Source: Octopus sinensis (Eukaryota). Taken from it: a stretch of 64,000 bases of DNA. Made by a program: the position numbers and the translations under genes. Shown piece after piece: positions 38,215-52,406 of the stretch. The notes under the pieces were generated by a model. That model was not told where the DNA came from. It ran no database searches and saw nothing but the letters and a program-made list of their open reading frames with translations. The DNA lies in NCBI RefSeq assembly GCF_006345805.1, contig NC_043018.1:13020001-13084000 (forward strand), given 5' to 3'. Numbering within the stretch: position 1 is the stretch's first letter; each line of letters starts with the position of its first letter.

Positions 38215-39143
38215 TGTAACCAATATATATAAGATCCGATTTAGCAACATTTGGTTGAGAAGGCATGTAGGGATCTCTTAAAAGACAAATTAATTGGTTA
38301 TAGAGATGGCCATTTATTTATATATGTGGTGTTATGGGCTGTGATGAGCTATGTGGTGTTGGTGGAGAGGATGACAGATGAGGTGGGCAGAAGTAAGGCT
38401 TGCAGGGGCTGGCGGAAGAGTGAAAGGGGCATGTGTGGGCAAGAAGTACGTGTGGTCTGTTCCAGCAAAGAGCGCAGAGCGACAAGACGTGTTGAATTCA
38501 TGAGAGTGACCGCTGATTTTGCTGAGGTAAGGCCTTTTGTATTTCTTTCTCCCATTGCTTCTTTTTCTGTTGTCCTTTTCCTCCATCACACTACAACATA
38601 ATTATTATACAAATCGTTACAATAGAGAAAAACTCTGTCTCCAATAGTTTGTGTGTACACAGCTTGTTTGTTGTTGCTGTAAACAAATTGGCTTTAGTTC
38701 TATAGTCCATTGTGTGTGGTAAACTGTGTATATTAAACTGTAAACTGTGAATTACTACTGAAGAGAGGCAGGGTAATAGATGTTTTGTCAAGAAGAAAAT
38801 ATAAGCAGTGTATTGTCCTACGAAAAGAGGTGTTGCTTCTCCGTCGTGACGGAAAGAAAAGGGAAGAAAGGGAGATGCTTTCTGATCAGAAGCTGGAAGC
38901 AAAGAGAAGGAACCTATTTGCTGTATTATTCTTGTATTATTCGTAACTAAATTAGGTCAAGAAAATAAAGGATTTTCCCTCTCAAATCAGCTTTGACCCA
39001 TGAATGACTCGAAAAGGTCAGAGGTCAGTCTACTCTCTTAAATTTCCTAGTGCTGCAAGCAAAAACACTGGGCCAATGATCTGTGTGAAAATGTGGATTC
39101 AGTTTCGAATCCTGGCTCAGAAATTTGGTAGCTGTTCGCTACA
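38215..39143 (+). mobile_element. Solo LTR or LTR-derived insertion with 4 bp TSD inside an antisense SINE
   Basis: TGCT|TGTAAC...GCTACA|TGCT; the interrupted family A SINE resumes after the TSD; an internal GTTACA end lies at 38621. Confidence 0.75.
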
Positions 39144-39503
39144 TGCTTATTCTATTGGTATCTTTTGCCGGGAGTGTAGTCAAGCAAATCGACCCCAGGA
39201 CATTTTCTTTGTAAGCCTAGTACTTGTTCTATCAGTCTCTTTTGCCGAACTGCTAGATTACAGGGACGTAAACACAACAGATACAGACACGCAAACACAC
39301 ACACACATATATATACATACACATATATATGTATACATACATATATACACACACACACATATACATGTGTGTAAATGTGTACACATACATATATGTATAT
39401 ATACGCGTATGAGTGTGATATAATATATATACATATATATATGTATGTATGTGTGCATGAGTGTGTATAATATATATATAAATACATGTATATGTATATA
39501 TGT

Positions 39504-39578
<75 letters not shown>

Positions 39579-40249
39579 TATATCATTTACTTTTCCTGCA
39601 ATGTAAAATCAACAAAAAAAAGTGCTCCATCAAGTGAGAGATGAATATTGTTTAAGGGACACAGTATATAGTTCTGAGTGACTAATACTTTCATACACTG
39701 AAGACATTATCTAAGCAGGTTTTAAAGCACACCTCATGTCTGCAAGTAACCCCAAACCTTGACTTTATACAAGTCACAAATTAGGACAATGGAACAAGAG
39801 AAATCATGAAAAAATAAAAAGGGAGAGTGGGGTGGTTGCAAAAAAGGGAAAAAGAAGAATGGGTATCAAAGTTATGTTCCCTAAGACCGTATTGTCATAG
39901 GACTAAACGATGTAGAATCAACAGAAGGGTTTGAAGTTTGCGATACCGCTGCTAAATCCGAAGAGGATGGTGTTCTCCAATTCATCAAGAGAAACTTGCC
40001 TACATGTTTGCATTTGCAGAAAATTTCTGATCTGGAATTCAGCAGTGCGGCAGAATTCTTAGATCTAAAAAGGATAAAACGATCTTTCAGTTATGCATAA
40101 CTTGCATTTCTTTGATCCATTAACTTATGGTATGGATTTTTCAAAGATTTTCCTGTGATTGTATGTGATGTGGAGTTGGTCTTCAAACTTCATACGTGGT
40201 TAGCCAGCTTAGTGGCTTTACTTTTGTCCATATGCTGGAAAGAAGATAG

Positions 40250-40700
40250 GTGGTTAACATAACAACTTTTGAAATCGCCTTCGCATAATCCGATGTGTTT
40301 CTTCTTTTTGGTTAGGTTATTATGTAGCATTGCTGTAATTTCTGCCTCGTGTATAACAGAGTTTATCATGCACCCCCTGGTCGAATGGACAAGCTCCAGT
40401 GTTTTGATAGTTACAACTGGGAGTGGGCTCTTGGTAGTATTTATGGTAAATGATGTTCTTCATATTAGATAATGACTCAATAACCACAGCTACAATGACA
40501 GAGAACAGAGAACGGAATTTTGTGATTGGTTCCTTTCTGAAATCCAACAATTTATTAAAAAACATTATGTTCTCAGATGAAGTCATCTTCCATCTTTCGG
40601 GATTGGCGAATAGGCATAATGCCCAGTATTGCTTAGATGCCAATTCACATTGGATAGTTGACAGCAATTCTCAGTACGACCTTCGACCTATTTTAAATGT
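40250..40700 (+). mobile_element. Tc1/mariner-superfamily transposase fragment
   Basis: LKNIMFSDEVIFHLSGLANRHNAQY (FSDE..FHL.G..NRHN motif). Confidence 0.75.
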
Positions 40701-41617
40701 TAATTTCACCATATTGTCAATGTAATGTTCAATATTCTTTGTGTAGGTAACTAACCAGTATTTTCATAGGATTTTGCTATCCCTTAATGAGGTTTCTAAC
40801 CTTTAACTGCGTTTGTGTATACGCACGCACGCACACACGAATGTATGTATGTAATGTGTGTGCGTGCGCGTATTTGAATGAAATATATTGAAATAGAAAT
40901 GAAGGCTGCAGTGGATAATTGAATAATACACTTGTTTATAATAATACACCTGACAAAATAGACTAAAATCTCTAATGGGAAGCTAGCAGCTTGCCCAGTC
41001 AGTCTGGCATTCATTGCCGACTTCCCCAGCACTCATTATGAAAGAAAGTAGGAAACGCATAAAACTAGATATTGTTCAGTATGTTAAGAGAAAAAATATG
41101 CTTTAAAAGGTAATCGTGGTTTCTTGAATTAAAATATGTTTGATAAACTAACAAGAATTCCTAAGATGTATTCCTAATAATAAAAATATTTTTTCAAGGG
41201 AATTAACTCATGTAAAAATTTTCAGAGTTACTTCTCTTAGATTGGAACTTTTGCCTTGTATTGAAACCGAAACGAATATGTTTTGATGAAGTTATATCAA
41301 TAAAGATTATTTGAAACACCACACTACTTTAGAGTACAGACACACATTCACGCTCCCGCATACATTCAGATGAATATGGTACTTAGATTGAGGCACCAGA
41401 ATTTAGTACGGTATTATCCATACAATTTCAAAACAAGGTGATTATGGAATAAACTGCCTGCGTCAGTTGTTGACTGACACTGCATCCTTTAAGGCCCTCA
41501 TGCTTTCCGAAATCCGCCGAAACTACACCTGATTATATATGCACTTTAGATGAGTTGTAGTGCACCTGAACACTGTACACAATTATTATTATTATTATTA
41601 AAATAAGCATTATTATA

Positions 41618-42020
41618 GGCGCAGGAGTGGCTGTGTGGTAAGTGGCTTGCTAACCAACCACATGGTTCCGGGTTCAGTCCCACTGCGTGGCATCTTGGGC
41701 AAGTGTCTTCTGCTATAGCCCCGGGCCGACCAATGCCTTGTGAGTGGATTTGGTAGACGGAAACTGAAAGAAGCCTGTCGTATATATGTATATATATGTA
41801 TGTGTGTGTGTGTGTGTGTGTGTTTGTCCCCCTAGCATTGCTTGACAACCGATGCTGGTGTGTTTACGTCTCCGTCACCTAGCGGTTCGGCAAAAGAGAC
41901 CGATAGAATAAGTACTGGGCTTACAAAGAATAAGTCCCGGGGTCGATTTGCTCGACTAAAGGTGGTGCTCCAGCATGGCCGCAGTCAAATGACTGAAACA
42001 AGTAAAAGAGAAATAAAAGA
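41618..42020 (+). mobile_element. SINE family A, near-consensus copy
   Basis: GGCGCAGGAGTGGCTGTGTGG...GAAACAAGTAAAAGAG, followed by poly-A. Confidence 0.92.
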
Positions 42021-43138
42021 GAAAAAAAAAAAAAAAAAAGCAACATGGATATCCTTGTTGCTTATTTTGATTACACACACACACATATATATATATATAG
42101 TACTGGAGTTGTGACCTATTGAGAAGTAACTGCTCAACCTGGAGAGTCTTCCTGATTTCCTGGCTACACACCCTGTGGAGTGACCCTTTGGAAGAAACCA
42201 ATTTCAGTTGCTTGTATTCATGATTCTACTCTTCTGGCCATTGTCCAACATTCATGACCATAGTCGTGGATAGGCACATAAATCAAATTTGAGATAGCAA
42301 GCTTGCCTTTTTTTTTTTTACTTAGTAAATACTATTTACTTGTTAAAGTGTTGTATTGGATAAATTGCAAAGATAACTCAAATAGTTCAAATACTAAGAA
42401 ATAAGCAAAATTTGATTTATTCGAAATAATTTACGAACATGAACATAATTTGAGCCAATCACCCAATGAGTATTTCTGTACTTTACTTTTTATTGACCCT
42501 TGAGGGATGAAAAGCAAGGATGATTAGAATAGGATTTTAGCTCAGAATTGAAGAAAAAAGCAAAAGAAATGCTACACAGCATATTTTTCCTACACTCAAA
42601 CAATTCTGCTCACTTTCTGCCAACACTCAGTGAAGTATGCAGATTGTGGAGAAATCGATCAGAACAACAACAACAACAGCAAAACTAACTAAATTATTCA
42701 ATAAGTGTAGAACAGTCAAAGATGTTGTTTAAACACTTCTAAAATATTGGTTTCAAATTTTGGCAGCAGCTAGCAATTTCAAAGGAGGTGTAAGTTGATT
42801 ATATTGACCCAGTACTCAACCAGAACTTATTTTATCGATCCCGAAAGAATGAAAGGCAAAGTTGACCCTGGCAGCATCTGAACTCAGATTATAAAGACGC
42901 ATGAAATGTCACTAAGCAGCAGCAACAACAACAACAACTGTAATAAGCCTTCCTGCTCTAGGTACAAGGCCTGAAATTTTGTGGGAAGGAGTTAGTTATA
43001 TCAATTCTAGTGCGGGTACTTATTTCATCAATCCCGAAAGGATGAAAGACAAGTCGACCAGCAATGATTCTGCCTGCTCACCTCCTTTCAATAATTCTAA
43101 AATATTCTTCATAATTCTGTATTGGAAATAAGCCAATC

Positions 43139-43871
43139 TGGATTTTTTCTGTTTGGCTGTCAACGTCAATTTCTGTTCAAATTGATTTCATACTCAGTGT
43201 AAAGATACACTTTTATAGGCTAATCCATGCCATGAAAACCATTTTCTCCATAAATCAATAAATATAGAGTTATTAGCTATTAAAGTTTGAAAATGTTGGG
43301 TAATTTTAGCCAATCGTAAGCCACAGACACATTCATGCCTGTTTCCATGGTAACAAGCCGAACATGAGAACTCTTTTGTCTGCAAGAAAGCATGTGTTGA
43401 TAAATATATTGAAGCCACTTGTTCATGCTGTATTTCTACTATTTTACCAATCTGTGTGATTTTGTTTTTCAGTAAATCTTTTAAGTTTGTTTTTATAAGT
43501 TTCTTATTTTGAGAAATATTTGATTTGTAATGTGTTGTTTATGACATTAAATGCATATTGAATACTCAAAACTACAAAAGATGTGTTGTTTATTTGTTTT
43601 CCATGTGTAGAATACTAATGTTGACAACGTGCTATTTTCAGGATGTTGATAAAATGTGCAGTCACGCACAAAATACAGCTTCCAAATCCTGTTTCCTGAC
43701 TGGGTGAAAATTATCAAAGTTTAAACCTCTATAATTTTTTTTAAAATTTTTCTGGAAAAATTGAAATAACTCCAGCAATTCAGCTTAGAAAACTACATTA
43801 ATGTACCAAATTTTAAAATCTTCAATAATCTTTAATTTTTGAAACCTTGACAGCCAAACAGAAAAAATCCA
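43139..43871. mobile_element. MITE/non-autonomous DNA transposon with perfect 25 bp TIRs
   Basis: TGGATTTTTTCTGTTTGGCTGTCAA (43139-43163) and TTGACAGCCAAACAGAAAAAATCCA (43847-43871). Confidence 0.85.
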
Positions 43872-44099
43872 ATTTATGGCATTAGATCCATTTAATCACA
43901 GCAAGTAGATTCTCATTGGTGTAACCTCAAAATTGGTGTTGCCATTAGTGGTGGTCGTGGAGGTGGTGCTGTTGCTGGTGTTGTTATTGTTGTTAAAGTG
44001 ATTGCTGCAAGAATTGTTAGCACTTCAGACAAAATGCTTTGCAATATTTTATCCGATTTTATGTTCTGAGTTCAGATTCCACCAAGGTGACTTGCCCTT

Positions 44100-45430
44100 C
44101 ATGTGTGGAGTGGAAGAAGAAGACTGTAAAAGAGACGGATTACTGGCGCAAAGTTCCATGCTGAGTTTGACGGTGAGAGATGGATGGTGGAATACTTCTA
44201 GAAAGGAGAACTTCCTGTACTGAGAAACAGGGTGACCTGCTACGAAAATACTCAGAAAGGAAAAGCCGGGTTTGAGTTCAAGACAGAGGTGAACAGGTGG
44301 ATAGAGGAAGGCATTCTGATGCCATGGAATGAGGAGATGACAGACAGTGTGCTGCTGTTGATGGCTGTAGGTCATAGAGATGGGGATTACGAACTGTCAA
44401 GGTCTGAACTGATTCTACCACAGTGTGAGGGTGGGTGGAATCAGCGATCACCAACCAGAAGAGGATTCGCACGAAGCGGGCCACAGAAATAGTGATTAAG
44501 CATCACCTGAAAATCCTGCGGGAGCTAGCTGCTGAGTTCAACCCAGAGTTGCATGTGGTGTTGATGCCCTCAGAAAAGAATAAGGCAGACATTCTAACCA
44601 GAGTGAAAAGGCAGTCATTGGAAACAGCAGAGGATGTTCCAAGTGGGGCAGCAGCAGTTTGTCGAGCGGAGGGCAGAGAACTAAGGATGCTGCACAACAG
44701 GCACACACGGGGGTCGACTCCGATGTCACCAGGGGGAGCGTTCAGGGGCCAGTGGGGAACTGCAGCAGGTGCCAATTGAGTGATCCTGCCCCAAACATAC
44801 ACTAACCAGGAAAGATTCAGGTAAAGAAAGACTGGAAGAGGCTTTCCGTTGATGTGATGCATCGTCAGGGGAAAGGTATACTTTTCAATGGCCGACTATG
44901 GACAGGGATCAGGGCGGACACTGCTGCCGACGTCACAGAAGTGCTGGAAAGAGGGCCTGTTGGTGGGCAACGGCACAGTTTTTCACTCATAGCAGCTGAG
45001 AAAGATGCTTGAAAGGTGGAGCACAAAACGTTCTTTCAGAGCTGCATACAGGCCGCCAGGTAGAAACAGGATTGTGGAACGGCACCAGTCTATGGTTAAA
45101 GCCATGGCTGAGAGAGAACGGATCTCCACTGTGGAGACAGTCTTCTGATAGAACATGTTGCCCAGGGTAGGGCAGGCTGAAGAGCCAGTCCCATACAGAT
45201 GGAGACACCAAAGCATCCAGAGGTGGAAGGAACTACATGTGTGCAGGTTGGAGACGAAGTGTGGGTGAAGCCCCCAATGTCCGGTGCACAACGTAGTGGG
45301 AAAAAGGAAAGGTGACTGGGATCAGTGCTCTGAATAATGTAGTATCAGTGGATGGAATGCTGCGTCACATTCCGGATATTTGAAGGGTGCTTAGCTCTTC
45401 CGATGATGGAGAAGGTGGCCTCGTGACCCT
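44100..45430 (+). mobile_element. Decayed Gypsy pol fragment (RNase H and integrase; most of RT deleted)
   Basis: EVNRWIEEGIL, LHVVLMPSEKNKADILTRV (RNase H end), CSRCQ (integrase zinc finger), WKRLSVDV, YRPPGRNRIVERH. Confidence 0.8.
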
Positions 45431-45699
45431 ATGGAAATTTCAATGGGTATGTCGCCCCCTCCCCACCCCAGGTGGACGAATGATTAGGAGACACAGCAGG
45501 GGAGCAGTGATCTTTGGATTAGGGGTGCACGTGGGGGAAGGAGAGATGACATCATGTTGACGAGTGAGAACAAAAATTTCTTCCTTTTTCATGCAATCTG
45601 CCACAGAGGCTAGACGTGGCGACAGAGAAATTGGTACAACATGTGTTAAGAACTGAACAATCTGCAATCGGGTAATGACTGCAAGTCAAGGTAAGAACA

Positions 45700-46625
45700 A
45701 CTTTATTCATCTGCTTTCGAAGCACAGAAAATCGACAAAATTTGGCATCGTGTCATAATCAAATACCTGCAGAAAAAAGGGTTTAGTTTCCAAGGACATT
45801 CATGCTGACTTGATTGATACATTAGGGGATGACGGTCCAGCTTTATCAACAGTGCAAAAGGGGACAGCTGAATTTAGTGGGGGAAGAGAGAGTCTTGAGA
45901 AGATCCAGGGTCTAGACATTGTGCAGCTGGCACCAGCAAGGAAAACATTGATTGTGTTCACCTCATGGTGATGGATGACAGGCGATTGACTATAGAGTAA
46001 ATAGTCAATGCTATTAGCATACCCTGTGAGAGAGTGGAGAATATTCTGCACAATGAACTTGGCATGATGAAGGTTTCTTCTGCTCGATGGGTGCCACGTC
46101 TTCTCACACTTGATCAAAAGGGCTCCAGGCTGATCACATTCCGGGAATATCTGACATTGAGGCAGATCCAGTTTGCTTCCTTGAATGTTTCCTAACCCAG
46201 GATGTGTGTTGGCTTCATCACTTTGAACCAGGAACAAAGAGGCAATCCATGCAGCGGAAACACTCCTCTTTACCTGCTCTAAAGAAGGCAAGGTCGTTTC
46301 ATCTGCAGGGAAGGTGATGGCCTCAGTTTTATGGAATGCAAAAAAGTACTGTGTTTATTGACTATCTTCAAAATAATCCCAGCATCAATGGAGAGTACAA
46401 TGGCAACCTGCTAAGGCAGTTACAAAAGGCTATCAGGTCCAAACGCCCAGAAAAACTGATGAAGTGGGTTTTGTGGTTCATTAGGACAATGCTTCAGCAC
46501 ACAAGTCCTTGCTTTCAATGGTTGCTGTGCATGCCTGGCTTTGAACTGGTTGATGATCACCCTGCTTAGTTTAGTGATTTGGTTCCATCTATTCTCTGTT
46601 TCCAAACATGAAAAAACACTTGATT
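45700..46625 (+). mobile_element. Decayed mariner transposase (second subfamily)
   Basis: DKIWHRVIIKYLQKKG, LGDDGPALSTVQK, WVPRLLT and GKVMASVLW motifs, with many frameshifts. Confidence 0.85.
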
Positions 46626-48015
46626 GAGCAAGTTTTATTATACCTGCATTTGTATTAATATTAACATTGAAAAAATCCATGTTTGCATAAAAGACAAACA
46701 ACCTTGTACCTCAGCTTGCACCCCCCCCCCCCGAGCAAAATTTGTTCCCAGTCCACTGCACATGTGGGTGAAAAGAAAGAAAGAAAGAAAGTTTAATTCT
46801 AGAACAAAATGAGTCACATTTTCTGGGCTAAGTTAACGGCAATGAATTGGTTTCCAGTTTCATGAGTCCCAGACGTTTTATAAAGATTTTAATGTATTTC
46901 CATGATCATGCACGCACACACACACACACGTATATATATACATGAGCTTGCATGTAGGCCTATACACATGTATGCCTATGAGCTCATAAATGCATGTGCG
47001 CGCGCACACGCACATTCTTCGTTGTATTCGCTTCTGCATAGTTGTTAGGAAGGGAACCCGGACAAAGCAACAGGAGGAGGGAAAACATGATGGAGAGGAA
47101 AATCAAGCAAATAGAGAGAGGGGGAGAAAGAGAAGAGAGGAAAAGAATGGGGAGGAAGGGGTAAGGGAGGATAGAGATAAGGAGGTGGAAGGGGGATGAA
47201 GATAAAAATAGAGAAGAGAGACAAGAGAGAGAGAAAGAAAGAGAACAGACAGAGAGAGAGAGAGATGCATGAAAGAAAGAAAGAAAGAGCTAATGTGTAA
47301 AACCTATTAAAATATGGAGGATCTAAACAGAAAAGCAAGGGTTGGGGGGGGGGGTCGAGATGCAAAGTTATAAATAGAACAAGTGAAAAGCGAGTAAATG
47401 AATTGCCAAATGTTATCTATGGAAGATCAAAGGGAAAATAAAGTAATAATTACATCAGTGTTTAGTATGGAATGTTCTGCTGGTTGAATTGGTAATCGAT
47501 ATTTGATTGATCGATATCTTATAGGTTAATAAATAATATAGCTGTAGCAATTGGGTGTGGTGGTCACGGTGGAGATGGTGGACAACTAGAAATATTAGAG
47601 TGTTGGATAAAATATTCATGCTCCTTTAAATTCTGAGTTCAAATCCTACCAAATGCAAAGGTTGTTATTCATCCCTCAAAGGGAGACAAAATAAAGCATC
47701 AGTCGAATCCTGAAGTCGATTTACATTCCTTTCAAGCATTTTAGGTATGAACGTAATTATAATATAGATGACTTATAGGTTGCATGGTTGGATGGTTGGC
47801 TGGTCGTTTTGGATGGTTGATTGGTTGGTTGGTTGGTCAGATGGTTGTTTAGTTGAATAGGCATGGCCATGTGGGGAAAAGTTTGCTTTCCAGCCACTTG
47901 ATTCGGGGTTCCATCTCACAGCATGGCAAGTGTCTCCTACTATAGCCGCAGGCTGATTAAAGTCTTGTAAGTGAATATAGCAGATGGAAAATGAGAGAAG
48001 CCCATCAGATATATA

Positions 48016-49260
48016 TTGGACCATCCCATAAATAAGTTTTTTATGCTTCTTTTATTTTTCAAAATTAAGATAAATTTCTTTCTTAATCTAAAATATACTC
48101 TCCCTCATTTTCTTCAATGCTCTTCCATCTCTCTGGCAGACTTGCAAGACTTCCTTGCCAAAATTCACTTCTCCTTGATGAAAAATACTCCTCCAGTACT
48201 GTTCTGACCTCGTCTACAGAATTCATATTTTTTCCATCCAAATGATTTTGGAGACTGCACAATAAATGGTAATCAGATGGGGCAATGTCTGGTGAATATG
48301 GTGGGTGGGGCATCGTTTCTCATTCAAATTGCTCCAACCTTTGGAATGTTATCCTCGCTGTATGTTGCCAAGCATTATCCTGATGGAAGAACACCTTTCG
48401 TCTTGGAACCAAAGATGGTCGTTTTTCTTCTGGCGCTGACTTCAGCCGCTCAAGCTGCTCACCTTTGTCATTGTTTGGTTTGGGTTTAAAAGTTCAAAGT
48501 GGACCAAACCTTTCGTAGCCCACCAAACAGATTAACAACACCTCCAGCTTGGGGTGCTGGTGCTTCTCCTTTCCCTACTACCCACTGTCTTCGGTACTTG
48601 ACATTTTTATAGAAAACCCATTTCTCATCCCCAGTCATTATTCAGTTCAAAAAAGGTTCATTTGTGAGACATGGCAGCAAAGAAGAGCACACATTCAGTC
48701 TTTGTGCCTGATTAGACTTGGAAAGTTTGTGAGGAACCCATTAACCCAGTTTTCTGACTTTTCCAATGGCACGCAAGTGTCAATGAATGGTTGAATGACC
48801 AAATCCAAGCTTCTCTACTAGTTCCACAACAGTTACAGTGGGATTTTGTTCCACCAGGGTTTGCAGGACATCTTTGTCAAGTTCTACGGATCATCTAGGA
48901 TGAGACTCAACTTTTGGCTGTAATTTTTGGCTTGGAATTTCTGGAACCACCGTTTACACTGACTTATGCTCATTATTCGATCCCCATAGACTGCATTCAT
49001 AGTCCTCGCACTGTGTTGTTGCCTTTATTGAACTCAAAGCAAAATATGCCGAATATGCTCCTTTGTCACTTCCATTATAGATTTGGAAAAAATAGTTGTT
49101 AAAATCGAACTGCACTCTTCAGAACTTGCACTAAGAATAAGAACAAGGTAAAATTACTGCCTGCTTTTATAGCAAGTTGATGCAGGTAGTTTATCCCATC
49201 CCCCTCTGTCTTTTAGTTCATGCAATTGAAAAAAACTGCATTATTTATGGGATGACACAA
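48016..49260 (-). mobile_element. Mariner transposon, second copy of the 17811-19087 family
   Basis: TIRs TTGGACCATCCCATAAAT / ATTTATGGGATGACACAA; HPPYSPDIAPSDYHL. Confidence 0.95.
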
Positions 49261-50904
49261 TGTGTGTGTGTGTGTTCATATGTATATATATATGCATGTG
49301 TGTATGTTATTCTCTCTCTCTCTCCATTTATCAATGAGTGTCATTATAATGCAAGCAGTGTTCTTCATTTTCAGTAGAAAATCTGCCTCGGCAGATCTTG
49401 TCCAACTCATGCAAGCATGGAAAAGCAGAAATTTAAAATGATGATGATGATGGTTGTTGTCATTGCTGTTGTTGTTGCTGTGGTGGTGATGAATAATGAC
49501 AACCATGGCAATGATGATGCTGATGATGGTGGCGGTGGAGGTGATGATATATCTAACAATTCATTTTATTTTGGATCTAGTTTCACAGGAAACTGAGAAA
49601 GTGTGGAAGGGACCAGCATAAAGGGAGACAGACAGACAGACAGACAGACAGGCAGAGAGGAGTTAGAGGAGGAAAGGGGACGGAGAAATAGATGGGGAGA
49701 GAGACTGGCTTAGGAAGTATGATTAACATTACTGATCCAGATCACAGCAGTTATTGAGTTGTTAAATGACCAAACTGCTGTTCATTGTTTGAATGGTGAG
49801 CAAAGCCTAGGCTTCGAGGAGACACTAAACATATAAATATACAAAACAACTTGATCATATTTTTAGGAACCAACCAATCACCTGCATTCTGCCATGTCTG
49901 GAAAGGAAACTTTTTATATTCTTTTTATTTTTGCAATCAGATTTTTATTGTATGCATTGTACATACATGTGTGTGCATGTATGTGTGTGTGTGTGTGTGT
50001 GTGTGCATGTGTGATCTCCATGTTTGTATGTATAGATGTGTGTATGCATGTATGTAAATATTGTATAATCTGTTCATGTATGTATAGGATGTATAGGTAC
50101 GGGCATATTGGTATTGGTATGCCAGCATCGTCATCATCATCAATAAGACACAACCACCACCATCCCACCACCACTACCCATCACCGCCATCCCCCATTCA
50201 GCCATTTCCACTAACATCAACACCACCATCCCCCATGTCCACCATCAGCACCCTCCCACTAGTTCCACCCTTACATTACAATCATCATCATCCTTATCAT
50301 CGTCATAGTCATTGTCGTCATCCTCCTCATCATACCTTTGTTTCCCCAATGCCAGCATGAGCTAAAAATACCTCACATCTTTCTTCATCTGACACACTCA
50401 GCAACAGAGAAAACGTCTACGCTTTGTGGTTCTATTTACTGTACTATATTCTTTCTTTTGGTAGGTACTTTTATAAGTGGGTGCCCTTTTATAACAAGAT
50501 CTCCGTACATTTTATTGTGCAACTGTCACCAAAGTGGCAGGATTAAGGAGATGCACCCCATTCTCTGCCATAAATCAGTTTATATTTGAAATTACTTTTC
50601 TCCCCAGATGGCTCACCTGCACGAGGCTTTCAGCGTTCATAGCTCTTCTCTTCATTCTTTCATCTATCTATCTACCTATCTTTCTGTCTGTCTATCTATA
50701 CACACACACGCACATATATATATATATATATGTATGTATGTACATACTATCCGAAGTGTATTATACATCCATTACAGCTGATCTTACCAATTGATTTTAA
50801 TGTTAGGGATTCAACAGTGTGTTATGTAACAATCCGATTATGTAACCTTGCACTCATCAGAGGTAGCCAATATGGAATGAAAATATATATATATATATGC
50901 ACTA

Positions 50905-51216
50905 GGTGCAGGAGTGGCTGTGTGCTAAGTAGATTGCTTACCAACCGCATGGTTCTGGGTTCAGTCCTACTGCATGGTACCTTGGGCAAGTGTCTTCTAC
51001 TATAGCCTCGGGCCAACCAAAGCCTTGTGAGTGGATTTGGTAGACGGAAAGTGAAAGAAGCCCATCGTATATATGTATATGTATATATGTGTGTGTTTGA
51101 CACCCCCCCCCCCACAACATCGCTGGACAACTGATGCTTGTGTGTTTATGTCCCTGTAACTTAGCAGTTTCACAAAAGCGACCGATAAAATAAGTACTAG
51201 GCTTACAAAGAATAAG
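50905..51216 (+). mobile_element. SINE family A, 3'-truncated
   Basis: Head and body match 7260-7652. Confidence 0.85.
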
Positions 51217-52035
51217 TGCTGGTATGTCTGCATGTGTTTTGTATGAATGCACACACATGTGTGTGTGTGTGTGTGTGTGCACATGCATCCACACATCTCT
51301 GTGAGTCTTCTTTTCTTTTCCCTTCTGGCGTCAGTGCATATATTTGCATACTTTTTCTACCTTTGGACAGAATTTTCCACAGGCATCAACACAGGCTTTC
51401 TCACTCACAGATGTTCTGAAAATGAAAGTTTCCCAAATAAAGTGCCCTTTATATCCAGGGACTCAACTAAGAGGGGTCCACCACATCTTAAAGAAGAAAC
51501 ATGATGAAGTTCATTATACAACTTCGTTTTTCTCTGATTTATCTCTTTCTTCCTATTAACACTCGATATTCGTGTGAGAGAGAGTGAGTGTGTGTGTCTG
51601 TGCATGTGTGTGTGTGAGGAAGAGAAAGAGAGGGGTGTGTGTGGGGGGGGGAGAGCGAGAGTGTGTGTCTGTCTGCCTGTGTCTGTGAGGAAAGAAAGAG
51701 AGGGGTGTGTGTGTGTGCATGTATCTGTGAGAGAGAGAGAGAGAGTGTGTGTGTGTGTGTGAGAGAGAGAGTGTATGTCTGTCTGTGTGTGTGTGTGTGG
51801 GAACAGTTTGATGCAAAGGAAATTGAATGGATTATTTCCCTTGGATGTTGAATGAAAATATATATGTTTACATATGGACCTTGTAGGGGCCCTGGCCATC
51901 CAATTATAGATTTTTATTAAACTTCAGTGTGCCTAGTAACAAACTGGATGTTACTTTAACATGTTTGCAAAGTTTCACAAAAATTTGTTAACATGTGTAG
52001 ACGGCAACTTGACACTGACAGCTCGCGTTCATATA

Positions 52036-52406
52036 CTCTTTTACTTGTTTCAATCATTTGACTGCGGCCATGTTGGAGCACTGCCTTTAGTCAAGCAAAT
52101 CGACACCAGGACTTATTCTTTGTAAGCCTAGTACTTATTCTATTGGTCTCTTTTGCCGAACCGCTAAGTTACGGGGACGTAAACACACCACCATCAGTTG
52201 TCAAGCAATGTTGGGGGACAAACATATACACACACATACATATATACGACGGGCTTCTCTTTCAGTTTCTGTCTACCAAATCCACTCACAAGTCTTTGGT
52301 CGGCATGAGGCTATAGTAGAAGACACTAGCCCAAAATGCGACGCAGTGGGAATGAACCTGGAACCATGTGGTTGGTAAGCAAGCTATTTACCACACAGCC
52401 ACTCCT
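52036..52406 (-). mobile_element. SINE family A, antisense full-length
   Basis: Reverse complement of 41618-42010. Confidence 0.9.

Noticed and set aside
50590-50645. Isolated strong splice-like signals (TTTTCTCCCCAG; minus CAG|GTGAG)
   Set aside because: No partner site or coding frame found.
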